64,000 nt of DNA, taken from NCBI GenBank assembly GCA_963923945.1, contig OZ000551.1, forward strand, positions 1,752,413 to 1,816,412, written 5' to 3'. Made by a program: the position numbers and the translations under genes. Within the stretch, counting starts at the first letter, position 1. The number at the start of each line of letters is the position of its first letter. The notes below the pieces were generated by a model. That model had not been told where the DNA came from. It did no database searches and worked only from the letters and a program-made list of their open reading frames with translations. Positions 1-10,233 of this stretch are shown in pieces. This DNA is from Alphaproteobacteria bacterium. Lineage in GTDB: Bacteria > Pseudomonadota > Alphaproteobacteria > G963923945.

Positions 1-1273
1 GATCATAGCCAATATGCGGGTTGAGGGCGGTCACCAGCATCAAGGAACGATTCATCAAATCATTGATTCGCTCCTCATTGGCAGTGATCCCGGTGATACA
101 GCGATCAACGAAACTGACCGTTGCGTCGGCCAGCAAGCGAATCGATTGCAAGACATTGTGAATGATCAGCGGCTTGAACACGTTGAGTTCAAAATGACCC
201 TGAGAACCGCCAACTGTCACCGCGACATGATTGCCCATGACCTGGGCACAGACTTGGGTCATCGCTTCACATTGGGTCGGGTTGACTTTGCCGGGCATGA
301 TAGAAGAGCCGGGTTCATTGGCTGGCAAAACCAATTCACCCAGACCACTACGTGGCCCGGAGGCCAGAAAGCGGATATCATTGGCGATTTTCATGCAAGA
401 GACCGCTATGCTGTTGAGGGCGGCGGATAGTTCAACCAAGGCATCATGGGCGGCCAAGGCTTCAAATTTATTATCAGCGGTCACGAAGGGCAATCGGGTG
501 ATTGCGGCGACTTGGGCGGCGAAGGCTTCGGCAAAGCCCTTTTTGGCATTGAGGCCGGTCCCCACCGCCGTACCCCCTTGGGCCAATTCCAAGATACGCG
601 GCAGGGTCTGCTCAACCCGTATGCGGCTGTATTCGATCTGTTTGGCGTAGCCGGAAAATTCTTGCCCTAAAGTCAGGGGGGTGGCGTCTTGGGTGTGGGT
701 CCGGCCGATCTTGATGAGGGTGCTGAAATCGCGACTTTTTTCGCTCAGCGCATCATGGAATCGGACCAAAGCCGGGAGCAGACGGTGATGGGTTTCCTCA
801 GCTGCAGCGATATGCATCGCGCTGGGAAATGTATCATTGGAAGATTGGCCACGATTACAATGATCATTGGGATGGACCGGGGTTTTGGAACCGATTGTTC
901 CGCCGAGTCTTTCAATGGCGCGGTTGGCGATGACTTCATTGGCATTCATATTCGATTGGGTGCCGGAGCCGGTCTGCCACACCACCAGAGGGAAATGATC
1001 ATCCCATTTTCCGTCAATGACTTCTTGGGCCGCCTCAATGATGGCTTGGGCGAGCGGTGCCTCCAACTCGCCGAGCATTTGATTGGCAAGAGCTGCCGCC
1101 TTTTTTTGAATCCCTAAAGCCCGAATCAGTGCTTTGGGCATCCGCTCATGACTGATTTTAAAATTTTCCAAGCTGCGCTGAGTTTGAGCACCCCAATACC
1201 GGTCAGCCGGGACCGCAATGTCCCCCATGCTGTCGGTTTCGGTGCGGGTGGGGTGGCTTGGTGTGGCGGTCAT
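1..1273 (-). CDS. fumC: fumarate hydratase class II, 3'-partial at window edge
   Basis: The reverse-strand translation from the ATG at 1273 gives [54 protein letters not shown]..., which matches the class II fumarase N-terminus; the ORF runs off the window, so it is absent from the ORF track. Confidence 0.85.
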   Translation of the reverse strand, partial: MTATPSHPTRTETDSMGDIAVPADRYWGAQTQRSLENFKISHERMPKALIRALGIQKKAAALANQMLGELEAPLAQAIIEAAQEVIDGKWDDHFPLVVWQTGSGTQSNMNANEVIANRAIERLGGTIGSKTPVHPNDHCNRGQSSNDTFPSAMHIAAAEETHHRLLPALVRFHDALSEKSRDFSTLIKIGRTHTQDATPLTLGQEFSGYAKQIEYSRIRVEQTLPRILELAQGGTAVGTGLNAKKGFAEAFAAQVAAITRLPFVTADNKFEALAAHDALVELSAALNSIAVSCMKIANDIRFLASGPRSGLGELVLPANEPGSSIMPGKVNPTQCEAMTQVCAQVMGNHVAVTVGGSQGHFELNVFKPLIIHNVLQSIRLLADATVSFVDRCITGITANEERINDLMNRSLMLVTALNPHIGYD

Positions 1274-1337
1274 GATGCGCTCCTCAACAGAGCTGGGAAA
1301 GGGTTGGCCAACTTGACAAAAATAACATGTACGGTGA

Positions 1338-1832
1338 TCAAGCGGTTTCTTTAGGGTTGCGGAAGGCGTCTAAAGAGATCACCTCGGCCTCACCGGTGTT
1401 TTTATCTTGGCTAGAGCCGGATTTAGACGGCGATAGAGCGGGTTTGGTGGTCGCGTTATCAGTATTCTCGCCGGGGGTATGGGGGCCGAATTGAAGATTG
1501 AATTGAGCTGACGGGTCGGCAAATAAGGTGACGCTGCGAAACGGAATCGCCAAAGTTTCGGGGGTTTTATTGAAATTGAGTGTGACTTTGAACCCTTGTT
1601 CTTCGACAATCAAATCCCAAAATTGATGCTGGAGAGCGATGGTCATTTCACGGGTATGGGTTGCCCGTAAATATTCGGGCAAGACAACATCGGGATCGGT
1701 GGTCCGGAAAGTGATATAGAAATAATGCCCCCCTGGAAGCCCGTTTTCGGCAACATGGGCCAAGGCGGCCCGCATGACACCCCGCGAGGCATCCTCAATC
1801 AGCACATCATAATCCAACCCGTCATCCGCCAC
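1338..1832 (-). CDS. SspB-like ClpXP adaptor (stringent starvation protein B family), tentative
   Basis: 164-aa ORF; N-terminal ~110 aa ([10 protein letters not shown]...[14 protein letters not shown]...) resembles alphaproteobacterial SspB, followed by a disordered Ser/Thr-rich tail. Confidence 0.45.
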   Translation of the reverse strand: MADDGLDYDVLIEDASRGVMRAALAHVAENGLPGGHYFYITFRTTDPDVVLPEYLRATHTREMTIALQHQFWDLIVEEQGFKVTLNFNKTPETLAIPFRSVTLFADPSAQFNLQFGPHTPGENTDNATTKPALSPSKSGSSQDKNTGEAEVISLDAFRNPKETA

Positions 1833-2569
1833 CTGAATGATCCTCTTTTTTGGTTTTATTTGGCTTTGTCTCGTTTGGTCTTGTCTCGTTTGGTCTTGTC
1901 TTCATCAACATTGATCTTATGGGGTGGGTGCATCCGGTTGATCCGGTTGGCAACCCGGTTGGGGTGGGGGGCTTCTGTTGCCCGGCGCCCCCCGAGCCGC
2001 GCTTGCTTTAAGTCACCAAAGGACTAAGCAGCGAGAGCCAATTCATTATCGTTGGCATCTATAAAGATGAGCCGTTAACGGCGGCATCCCACCGGGTGAA
2101 AGTCAAGCCCTTTCCACATGCGTCGATCCTGTTTCGCCCCCATTCTTACAATAAATAACCCCAAATAACTCCGAAATAATCCCGCTTATGATTGAGGCAT
2201 CGCTGTCATCATTGAAAGATATTGCAGTCGATATCGTTCATAAAGAGACATCCCGTATCAATGGTGGAGGCGCCGGGTACTGCCCCCGGGTCCGCCACGG
2301 GTCTTGACATGACGTTTATCACCATAGTCGGAAAACCATTGCTGACTAACCGACTCTATGAATATAAACTTTTAAACTTGAGCTTGCAAAGGGCATATGA
2401 CATGACGGCTTAACCCATTGGCGATGGCTGTGGCAATCGGGCAAGCTGCGTTTTTATTGCCAAGCCGATGAATAGATGGGTGAATTGATGAAAGAAAATA
2501 GATCAAAAAATATGACAGTCCGTGTTGTTATTCCTGTTTCATTGATCTGTGAACTGAGTCGAGGACCCT

Positions 2570-3697
2570 TTGGCTGAGACTTTTCATTCCCCCATCGCTG
2601 GCCACCAGTCTGACCAGGAAGAGAGCAAGCCGACCCAACATGGTGTCGGCTCCCATGCACCATCCCGGCGGCTCTCGGCGCAGCAAGAGGTCGAGATTGC
2701 AGACCAAAGAAAGGAAAAAAATCAGACATTGCGCGACTGCGCACCGGATATAGAAGAGCGGCTTTATCATCATATCCCGGTTTTGGATCATGGTTTTGTC
2801 CGGGTGATTGATTATATGGGCACCGATGCTGCCATCGTCCAGGCGGCCCGGGTCTCCTATGGCCGGGGCACCAAAACCCCCAGTCAGGATGGTCGATTGA
2901 TTGATTATTTGATGCGTCACCAGCATTCGACTCCTTTTGAGATGTGCGAGATCAAACTGCATGTCAAATTGCCGATTTTTGTGGCCCGCCAATGGGTGCG
3001 CCACCGCACCGCCAGCATCAATGAATATTCGGCCCGCTATTCGATTTTGGATCGGGAATTTTATGTCCCGGATCGCTTCCATAAAGAAGCCTTGAAAGAA
3101 ATGCTGCGGCCAGACCCGGAAGCCTCAGCCAGTCCGCACCTGGATGTTTTCCACGAGGATTCGAAAAAAACCACCCTGGCCAAGCAATCCTCGACCAATA
3201 AGCAAGGCCGTGGGGATGCGGCTGAGGATGAAACCTTCAATCAGGCTTTGCGGGCCTTGCAGACCGAATCCAACCGGGCCTATACGACCTATGAAAAGCT
3301 TTTGAATGAGCGCGATGGCCAGCCGGTTGATCCCAGCCGTCACGGCTTGGCCCGGGAATTGGCCCGGATGATTTTGCCAACCAATTTTTATACCCAGTGG
3401 TATTGGAAAACCAATCTCCATAACCTGATGCATTTTCTGACCTTGCGGGCTGATCCCCATGCCCAATATGAAATTCGGGTTTATGCCGAGGCGATCATGG
3501 AGATTTTTCGCTGTTGGACGCCGCTGGCCTATGCTGCTTTTATCCGCCATCGCCGCGGCGGGGCGCGTCTCTCGGCCCCGGCCTTGGATGTGGTCCGGCG
3601 GTTGTTGAATGGCGAAAACGTAAATCTTGAGGAGAGTGGTCTCTCAGCGCGTGAATGGCGGGAATTGATGGTGGTGCTGGACCGGCCGGAGGCGTGA
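2570..3697 (+). CDS. thyX: flavin-dependent thymidylate synthase ThyX (start codon uncertain; has internal insertion and N-terminal extension)
   Basis: Contains the ThyX signature RHRTASINEYSARYS (RHRxxxxxS) and the N-terminal HGFVRVIDYMGTDAAIVQAARVSYG block. Confidence 0.85.
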   Translation: MAETFHSPIAGHQSDQEESKPTQHGVGSHAPSRRLSAQQEVEIADQRKEKNQTLRDCAPDIEERLYHHIPVLDHGFVRVIDYMGTDAAIVQAARVSYGRGTKTPSQDGRLIDYLMRHQHSTPFEMCEIKLHVKLPIFVARQWVRHRTASINEYSARYSILDREFYVPDRFHKEALKEMLRPDPEASASPHLDVFHEDSKKTTLAKQSSTNKQGRGDAAEDETFNQALRALQTESNRAYTTYEKLLNERDGQPVDPSRHGLARELARMILPTNFYTQWYWKTNLHNLMHFLTLRADPHAQYEIRVYAEAIMEIFRCWTPLAYAAFIRHRRGGARLSAPALDVVRRLLNGENVNLEESGLSAREWRELMVVLDRPEA

Positions 3698-4166
3698 AAA
3701 CAAAAGGCATGGAGACAGCCAGCGTCAAAATAAAAAAGCCGACGATTTTCTTGACCTGATGTGGTTCCCGGCGCCGGAAGCGGTATGTATAGATTGAGAA
3801 TACTTGTGAAGGAGAGTCGTTGATATGACGGCGGGACAATATGATAACGGGACAAGAGCAAGCACAATGGTTTGGGTTGGCGGCGTTGCTGGTGCATGAT
3901 GCGGCTGTTCAGAGCAAACCCCAAGGTCAAGAACAAGACGGAGCACCAACCTTGGGAAGAGATCGGGGATGTTTCGTGCCGCTGAGTGAAAATCGGTTTT
4001 ACCAGATTTTTAAGGTGAGGTGGGAATTGATAAGCCACGGATCTGGTTATAGTAACGGTCTGGAAAGAGTGAATTGCGCTGGCTTCTTTGCGGCGGCATG
4101 ATGGGGCCGGTCATGTGAGTGGCGACAAAAATAATAGAGTGAAAACAAGAGATTGGAGGGATTGAG

Positions 4167-4970
4167 ATGAATCTTTTAGGTAACGCGGTTCAACGGTTCC
4201 GATGGGCCGGGGTGGTGGTTGTATTGGGGATGTTGATATGCCCTCGCCTTGAGGCGGCTCCCCTTTCCTGTTTTGACTGGGATACGGCTGATTTTTTTGA
4301 GCAAGCCCGTTTGCAGGATGTGACGGCCTGCCTGGAAAAAGGATATGATCCCAATGCGCCTGATGAGTATGGATTGACGTCTTTGCATTTTGCGGCTCGG
4401 CACAGCAATCCAGCGGTGATCACCACTTTGCTGGATGCCGGGGCCGATCTTCAGGTTTTCGGTCCGTATATGAAAACGCCCCTCCATTATGCCGCCCATT
4501 ACAGTCAAAATCCGGCGGTGATCACCACCTTGTTGGATGCCGGGGCCGATCTTAAAGCTCTCGGCGGGTTCTATGGGGAAACGCCCCTCCATTATGCGGC
4601 TCGATTCAATAACAATCCGGCGATCCTCACCACCTTGTTGGCTGCCGGGGCGGATATTCAGGCCCCGGATAAAGATGATGAAACGCCTCTGCATGATGCG
4701 GCTGAATATAATCAAACCCCGGCCGTAATCACCGCTCTGCTGAATGCCGGGGCCGATCTTGAGGCGCTGAATAATCGCGGTGAGACTCCTTTGCATGACG
4801 CGGTTCGGGTCAATAAAAATCCGCAGATTGTTGCCACCTTACTGAAAGCCGGGGCCGATCCCAAAGCCCAGACCAAGGAGGGTAAACAGCCTTGGGAATT
4901 GGTCAAGAAAGACTCACCCCTTTATCAGAGTGCGGTTTATGAGGTTTTGCGGCAAGGCGAGACCGAATAA
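4167..4970 (+). CDS. secreted ankyrin-repeat protein (about 6 ANK repeats)
   Basis: N-terminal signal peptide (VVVLGMLICPRLEAAP); repeated TPLHxAA...NPAVITTLLxAGAD 33-aa units; N and C termini are paralogous to the next gene. Confidence 0.85.
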   Translation: MNLLGNAVQRFRWAGVVVVLGMLICPRLEAAPLSCFDWDTADFFEQARLQDVTACLEKGYDPNAPDEYGLTSLHFAARHSNPAVITTLLDAGADLQVFGPYMKTPLHYAAHYSQNPAVITTLLDAGADLKALGGFYGETPLHYAARFNNNPAILTTLLAAGADIQAPDKDDETPLHDAAEYNQTPAVITALLNAGADLEALNNRGETPLHDAVRVNKNPQIVATLLKAGADPKAQTKEGKQPWELVKKDSPLYQSAVYEVLRQGETE

Positions 4971-5093
4971 CCGGGTGGATGGCGGCGGGTCGGTTGATGG
5001 CATCGGTTCCAAGGCCAGATTATGATGGATGCTTCGCGGCGCTATGATGGGGTCGATTGTTCAATAGATTGAAAAGAGACTGAGGGGGTTCGG

Positions 5094-6938
5094 ATGAAGA
5101 CTTTAGATATTGTCGATGCGGCGCGTTTTATATGCCCGATGACCAAACGGTTCGGCTGGGCGGTTGTGTTGGGGCTGTTGATGCTGGTGCCTGCGCGGGC
5201 TGAGGCGACTCTCTCCTGTTCGGACTGGAATACGTATGATTTTTTCAACCAAGCCAGCCCGCAAGATGTGACGGCTTGTCTGGATGCCGGGGCGGATATT
5301 CAGGCCCGCAATAAGGATGGATGGACTCCCTTACATCTTGCGGCGGGACTCAATGAAAACCCGGCGGTGATTACCACCTTGCTGAAAGCCGGAGCGGATA
5401 TTCAGGCCCGCAATAAAGATGGATGGACTCCCCTGCATCAGGCAGCGGGATTCAATGAAAACCCGGCGGTGATTACCACCTTGCTGAAAGCCGGGGCGGA
5501 TATTCAGGTGCGCAATAAGGATGGATTCACTCCCCTGCATCTTGCGGTGGAATTCAATGAAAATCCGGAAATGATTACCACCTTGCTGAAAGCCGGGGCC
5601 GATCTTGAGGCCCAGCACAAGGATGGATGGACTCCCCTGCATTATGCGGCGGAAGACAATGAAAATCCGGAAATGATTACCACCTTGCTGAAAGCCGGAG
5701 CGGATATTCAGGCCCGCAATAAAGATGGATTCACTCCCTTGCATTCTGCGGCGGGATTCAATGAAAACCCGGCGGTGATTACCACCTTGCTGAAAGCCGG
5801 GGCGGATATTCAGGTGCGCAATAAGGATGGATGGACTCCCCTGCATCAGGCAGCGGGATTCAATGAAAACCCGGCGGTGATTACCACCTTGCTGAAAGCC
5901 GGAGCGGATATTCAGGCCCGCAATAAAGATGGATTCACTCCCTTGCATTCTGCGGCGGGATTCAATGAAAACCCGGCGGTGATTACCACCTTGCTGAAAG
6001 CCGGGGCGGATATTCAGGCCCGCGATAAGGATGGGGCGACTCCTCTGCATTATGCGGCGGGAGGCAATGAAAATCCGGAAATGATTACCACCTTGCTGAA
6101 AGCCGGAGCGGATATTCAGGCCCGCAATAAAGATGGATTCACTCCCTTGCATTCTGCGGCGGGATTCAATGAAAACCCGGCGGTGATTACCACCTTGCTG
6201 AAAGCCGGAGCGGATATTCAGGTGCGCAATAAAGATGGATGGACTCCCCTGCATCAGGCAGCGGGATTCAATGAAAACCCGGCGGTGATTACCACCTTGC
6301 TGAAAGCCGGGGCGGATATTCAGGTGCGCAATAAAGATGGATGGACTCCCCTGCATTATGCGGCGGAAGACAATGAAAATCCGGAAATGATTACCACCTT
6401 GCTGAAAGCCGGGGCCGATCTTGAGGCCCAGCACAAGAATGGATGGACTCCCCTGCATCAGGCAGCGGGATTCAATGAAAACCCGGCGGTGATCAGCAGC
6501 CTGCTGGAAGCCGGGGCGGATATTCAGGCCCGCGCTAAGAATGGATTGACTCCCCTACATCTTGCGGCTCGGTATAATGAAACCCCGGCGGTGGTTACCA
6601 CTTTACTGAAAGCTGGGGCTGATTCTAACGCCCGCAATGAGGATAGGGCGACTCCTCTGCATTTTGCGGCGGGAGGCAATGAAAACCCGGAAATGATTAC
6701 CACCTTGCTGAAAGCCGGAGCGGATATTCAGGCCCGCGATAAGGATGGGGCGACTCCTCTGCATTTTGCGGCGGGAGGCAATGAAAACCCGGAAATGATC
6801 ACCACCCTGCTGAAAGCCGGGGCCGATCCCAAAGCTCGGACCAAGGAGGGTAAACAGCCTTGGGAGTGGGTTCCTGAGGATTCTCCCTTGCGTGAAAGTG
6901 CGGTTTACTGGATTTTGCATGAGGCTCAATTTCAATAA
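5094..6938 (+). CDS. secreted ankyrin-repeat protein with about 15 near-identical tandem ANK repeats
   Basis: Signal peptide (AVVLGLLMLVPARAEA); 33-aa units such as AGFNENPAVITTLLKAGADIQARNKDGWTPLHQA, encoded by nearly identical 99-bp DNA repeats. Confidence 0.9.
   Translation: MKTLDIVDAARFICPMTKRFGWAVVLGLLMLVPARAEATLSCSDWNTYDFFNQASPQDVTACLDAGADIQARNKDGWTPLHLAAGLNENPAVITTLLKAGADIQARNKDGWTPLHQAAGFNENPAVITTLLKAGADIQVRNKDGFTPLHLAVEFNENPEMITTLLKAGADLEAQHKDGWTPLHYAAEDNENPEMITTLLKAGADIQARNKDGFTPLHSAAGFNENPAVITTLLKAGADIQVRNKDGWTPLHQAAGFNENPAVITTLLKAGADIQARNKDGFTPLHSAAGFNENPAVITTLLKAGADIQARDKDGATPLHYAAGGNENPEMITTLLKAGADIQARNKDGFTPLHSAAGFNENPAVITTLLKAGADIQVRNKDGWTPLHQAAGFNENPAVITTLLKAGADIQVRNKDGWTPLHYAAEDNENPEMITTLLKAGADLEAQHKNGWTPLHQAAGFNENPAVISSLLEAGADIQARAKNGLTPLHLAARYNETPAVVTTLLKAGADSNARNEDRATPLHFAAGGNENPEMITTLLKAGADIQARDKDGATPLHFAAGGNENPEMITTLLKAGADPKARTKEGKQPWEWVPEDSPLRESAVYWILHEAQFQ
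5290..6830 (+). repeat. coding tandem array of 99-bp units with higher-order near-exact repeats over 200 bp
   Basis: Direct reading shows blocks such as ...caataaagatggattcactcccttgcattctgcggcgggattcaatgaaaacccggcggtgattaccaccttgctgaaagcc... recurring almost verbatim; the antisense ORF 5331-6458 is a repeat artefact. Confidence 0.9.
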
Positions 6939-6996
6939 CTGGCACGGATGGCGTTCGGGTCTCTCGGTGGTGTGCTGATACGGGAGCACTCAATCG

Positions 6997-7530
6997 GTGA
7001 TCGGTGATTCTCGGGTTTCTCATCCCGTTTTCCATCCGGCTTCGGTGATCCGGGTGCTGTTTTTATGTACCGGCAATGCGGCCCGCTCGATTCTCGCTGA
7101 AGCTCTGTTGAACCGTCTGGGTCAAGGCCGCTTTCGGGCCTATTCAGCCGGGGCCAATCCCAAGGGAAAGGTTCATCCGCACGCATTGCGGCTGCTCAGT
7201 GATTTGGGTTTTGCCACCGATGGGATGCGCTCCAAAAGCTGGCAAGAGTTCCAAAACACCGATGCACCCGGCCTGGATGTCGTCATCACGGTCTGTGACG
7301 GGGCGGCTGAACAGTGCCCGGTTTGGACCGGCCAGCCGCTGAGCGCCCATTGGGGGATGCCCGATCCGGCCACAGCCAGCGGCGATGCGATGGCCCCGGC
7401 GTTCCGACAGGCCTATCAGACCCTTGAGAATCGAATCGCTGCATTTCTCGCCTTGCCCTGGTCAGAGAGCGACCGGTCAAGCCTGCAGCAGCAACTCAAC
7501 GCCATTGGCCATGATGATGTGACCGCATGA
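6997..7530 (+). CDS. arsC: arsenate reductase, thioredoxin-coupled LMW-PTPase family
   Basis: CX5R P-loop LFLCTGNAARS and downstream Cys pair VITVCDGAAEQCP, as in Bacillus-type ArsC; the true start is probably downstream of the annotated Met. Confidence 0.65.
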   Translation: MIGDSRVSHPVFHPASVIRVLFLCTGNAARSILAEALLNRLGQGRFRAYSAGANPKGKVHPHALRLLSDLGFATDGMRSKSWQEFQNTDAPGLDVVITVCDGAAEQCPVWTGQPLSAHWGMPDPATASGDAMAPAFRQAYQTLENRIAAFLALPWSESDRSSLQQQLNAIGHDDVTA

Positions 7531-7608
7531 TTGTGCTGAATCAATTTTCGGTCATTTGACCGGTGATTTTTCCTCTGATGGCTGGATTGCAGTATCTTAA
7601 GAGCCGGG

Positions 7609-8715
7609 TCAATTCACCACAATCCGCGGGGCTTTATCGGTCTGGCTTAAAAGAGTGAGTTTCTCCCAGATTTTTTTGCCGATATCGAGATAACGCTTGG
7701 CATGTTCACCATCCGGTTCAGCCATTAGGATCGGCTGCCCGCCATCAGCGTTCTGGCGGATGCGGATATCCAAAGGAATTTCACCCAAAAAATCGGCCCC
7801 GATGCGGGCCGCCTCGGCCCGTGCCCCGCCATGACCAAAAATCTCACTGCGCTCCCCACAATGGGGGCAGGTGAAATAACTCATATTCTCAATCAGACCA
7901 ACCACCGGCACCGCAACCTTGCGGAACATATTCAGCCCCTTGCGGGCATCAATCAGGGCGATATCTTGCGGGGTTGAGACAATGACTGCTCCGGTTAAAG
8001 GAACCCGTTGCGACAAGGTGAGTTGAGCATCCCCGGTGCCCGGCGGCAGATCAATCACCAGGATATCCAGGTGGCCCCACTCCACATCAGCGAGCATTTG
8101 TTCAATCGCCCCCATCACCATCGGGCCGCGCCAGATCATCGGTGTATCTTCGGCCACCAGCATCCCCATCGACATACAGGCCAGGCCATGGGCTTGCATC
8201 GGCAGCAGTTTTTTATCACCCGAAGCGGTTTCTGGCTGGCCGGAAAGGCCCAACATACGCGGAATTGAAGGACCATAAATATCGGCGTCCATGAGACCGG
8301 TCCGCAACCCCATCAAGCAAAAGGCAGCAGCCAGATTGACTGCGGTGGTTGATTTACCGACCCCACCCTTGCCAGAGGCCACCGCGAGAATGGTTTTTAC
8401 TCCATCCAGGACCATCTTACTCTGGTTGCCCCTCGGCGCGGCTTGATTGGCTGGTGCGGGGCGTTCAGCGGTCATGACCGCACTAACCGATAGCACCCCT
8501 TCCAGATCGGCGACCGCCGCTTCGGCGGCTTTGCGGGTGGCTTCAAGACGCTCAGCCCGTTGGGGATCAATCTCCAACGTAAAGCCGACATTGCCATCAC
8601 GGATGACAATCCCGGAGACCATTTTGAGACTAACGATATCATCATTGCGATCCGGGTCGCGCACCCGGCGCAAGGCCTCAAGCACAGCCGATTGATCAAG
8701 AGCGGAAGAAGTCAT
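7609..8715 (-). CDS. apbC: Fe-S cluster carrier ATPase Mrp/ApbC (NBP35 family)
   Basis: Walker A ASGKGGVGKSTTAVNLA, CPHC motif (FTCPHCGERSEIF), N-terminal DUF59-like domain. Confidence 0.85.
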   Translation of the reverse strand: MTSSALDQSAVLEALRRVRDPDRNDDIVSLKMVSGIVIRDGNVGFTLEIDPQRAERLEATRKAAEAAVADLEGVLSVSAVMTAERPAPANQAAPRGNQSKMVLDGVKTILAVASGKGGVGKSTTAVNLAAAFCLMGLRTGLMDADIYGPSIPRMLGLSGQPETASGDKKLLPMQAHGLACMSMGMLVAEDTPMIWRGPMVMGAIEQMLADVEWGHLDILVIDLPPGTGDAQLTLSQRVPLTGAVIVSTPQDIALIDARKGLNMFRKVAVPVVGLIENMSYFTCPHCGERSEIFGHGGARAEAARIGADFLGEIPLDIRIRQNADGGQPILMAEPDGEHAKRYLDIGKKIWEKLTLLSQTDKAPRIVVN

Positions 8716-9115
8716 GATACGGTTTTCATGATGATACGATTTCCATTACTTAAGAGGGTATTTTTAGAAATATTCACGACATGCATATTGTGAATGATTG
8801 CGGTGTTGTGAATGATTGCGGTGTTGGACCTTTTGTCATATAAGGCAAAGTGATTGGAAGTTTATGTTTTTGACATGATTTTGAATGTCTCAATCCTATA
8901 TACTTTATTATGCATTATGAATAATAATTGTATGAATAATAATTGATTGTGGTGCACGGACAATCAATGACGTTCAATAATGATTCATGCAATCATGATT
9001 GATATGAAGATGCGGCCGCAGACAGGTATTTTAATCGGCCCTTCCTTTATATGAGATTTGATTTTGGTGGAACACCACATTTTTGTGGAATCTTCAGTGG
9101 AGAAACAATCGAACA

Positions 9116-10231
9116 ATGCCTTGGTCTAATCGCGGCGGCGGCCCTGCAAATAATCCCGGCCCTTGGGGGAGCGGTGGCGGCGGTATGAACGGTGGTGGTG
9201 GCCAACCACCCGATATTGATGATATCATACGTGACGGTAAGGAGAAATTTCGTTCTCTGTTTTCCGGTGGTGGCCACGGTAAGCTGATTTGGTTGTTGCT
9301 GGTTGTGGCCATAATCTTATGGGGGTTGAGCGGCTTTTACCGGGTCAATACCACCGAGCAAGGGGTGGTTTTGCGTTTTGGGGCCTGGGTCAGAACAACC
9401 CAGCCCGGCCTTCACTATCATATCCCAAGACCGATTGAGACGGTTTTAACCCCCGATGTCACCACAGTGAACCGGGTCGAGGTCGGGTTTCGATCAGCCG
9501 GTAACATCAGGGGTGCTGAATCCTCACGCAATGTCCCCGAAGAGGCATTGATGCTGACCGGGGATGAAAATATTGTTGATATCAGCTTTACGGTTTTTTG
9601 GGTCATCAAAGATGCTGGTGAATATTTGTTCAATGTCCGTAACCCCAAGCAAACGGTCAAAAGCGTTTCTGAAAGCGCCATGCGTGATGTCATTGGTCGC
9701 ACCCCTATCGGACCCATCCTTTCCGAAGGCAAGACGGCGATCACCGATCAAGCCAAAACGCTCATTCAGAATATTCTGGACGGCTACAAAGCCGGGATCA
9801 GCATTCAACAGGTGCGGCTGAATCGAACCGATCCGCCTGAGCAAGTGATTGAGGCTTTTCGCGATGTCCAGCGCGCTAAGACCGATCAAGAACGGTTGCG
9901 TAACCAGGCCGAGGCCTACCGCAATGATATTCTGCCCCGGGCTCGCGGCAATGCGGAAAAAATCATCCAGGCCGGGAAGGCATATAAAGAGAAGGTCATT
10001 GTCACTGCTGAGGGCAACGCCCAGCGGTTTTTATCCATTTATGGTGCCTATAAAACCGATAAAGAGGTCATTAAGAAACGCATTTATCTTGAAACAATGG
10101 AAGAGGTTTTCTCCCAGATTGATAAGGTGATTATTGATGACTCCGCCCAAGGTGATGATGGGGTATTGACCTATCTTCCTCTGCCGGAAATCCGCAAAAG
10201 AGCCGCCGAAACAACAGAGCAGGAGCAATAA
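9116..10231 (+). CDS. hflK: protease modulator HflK
   Basis: MPWSNRGGGP... Gly-rich N-terminus, TM helix and SPFH/band-7 domain; immediately followed by hflC. Confidence 0.85.
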   Translation: MPWSNRGGGPANNPGPWGSGGGGMNGGGGQPPDIDDIIRDGKEKFRSLFSGGGHGKLIWLLLVVAIILWGLSGFYRVNTTEQGVVLRFGAWVRTTQPGLHYHIPRPIETVLTPDVTTVNRVEVGFRSAGNIRGAESSRNVPEEALMLTGDENIVDISFTVFWVIKDAGEYLFNVRNPKQTVKSVSESAMRDVIGRTPIGPILSEGKTAITDQAKTLIQNILDGYKAGISIQQVRLNRTDPPEQVIEAFRDVQRAKTDQERLRNQAEAYRNDILPRARGNAEKIIQAGKAYKEKVIVTAEGNAQRFLSIYGAYKTDKEVIKKRIYLETMEEVFSQIDKVIIDDSAQGDDGVLTYLPLPEIRKRAAETTEQEQ

Positions 10232-10233
10232 TC

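Noticed and set aside
14-1117. Several plus-strand ORFs at the window start (14-430, 231-650, 689-1117)
   Set aside because: They are entirely covered by the minus-strand fumC gene, whose translation is an unmistakable class II fumarase. The plus-strand frames are low-complexity artefacts.
5331-6458. Long antisense ORF (375 aa) inside the ankyrin-repeat gene; similar antisense ORFs at 4176-4796 and 6603-6989
   Set aside because: These are translations of the highly repetitive coding DNA on the opposite strand. The sense frame encodes canonical ankyrin repeats with a signal peptide, and the antisense frames have no features.
8008-8699. Multiple ORFs on both strands inside mrp/apbC; similar ones inside recJ (31205-32542) and the RND permease (38593-41765)
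   Set aside because: They are shadow ORFs within high-GC coding sequence of well-supported genes on the opposite strand or in another frame.
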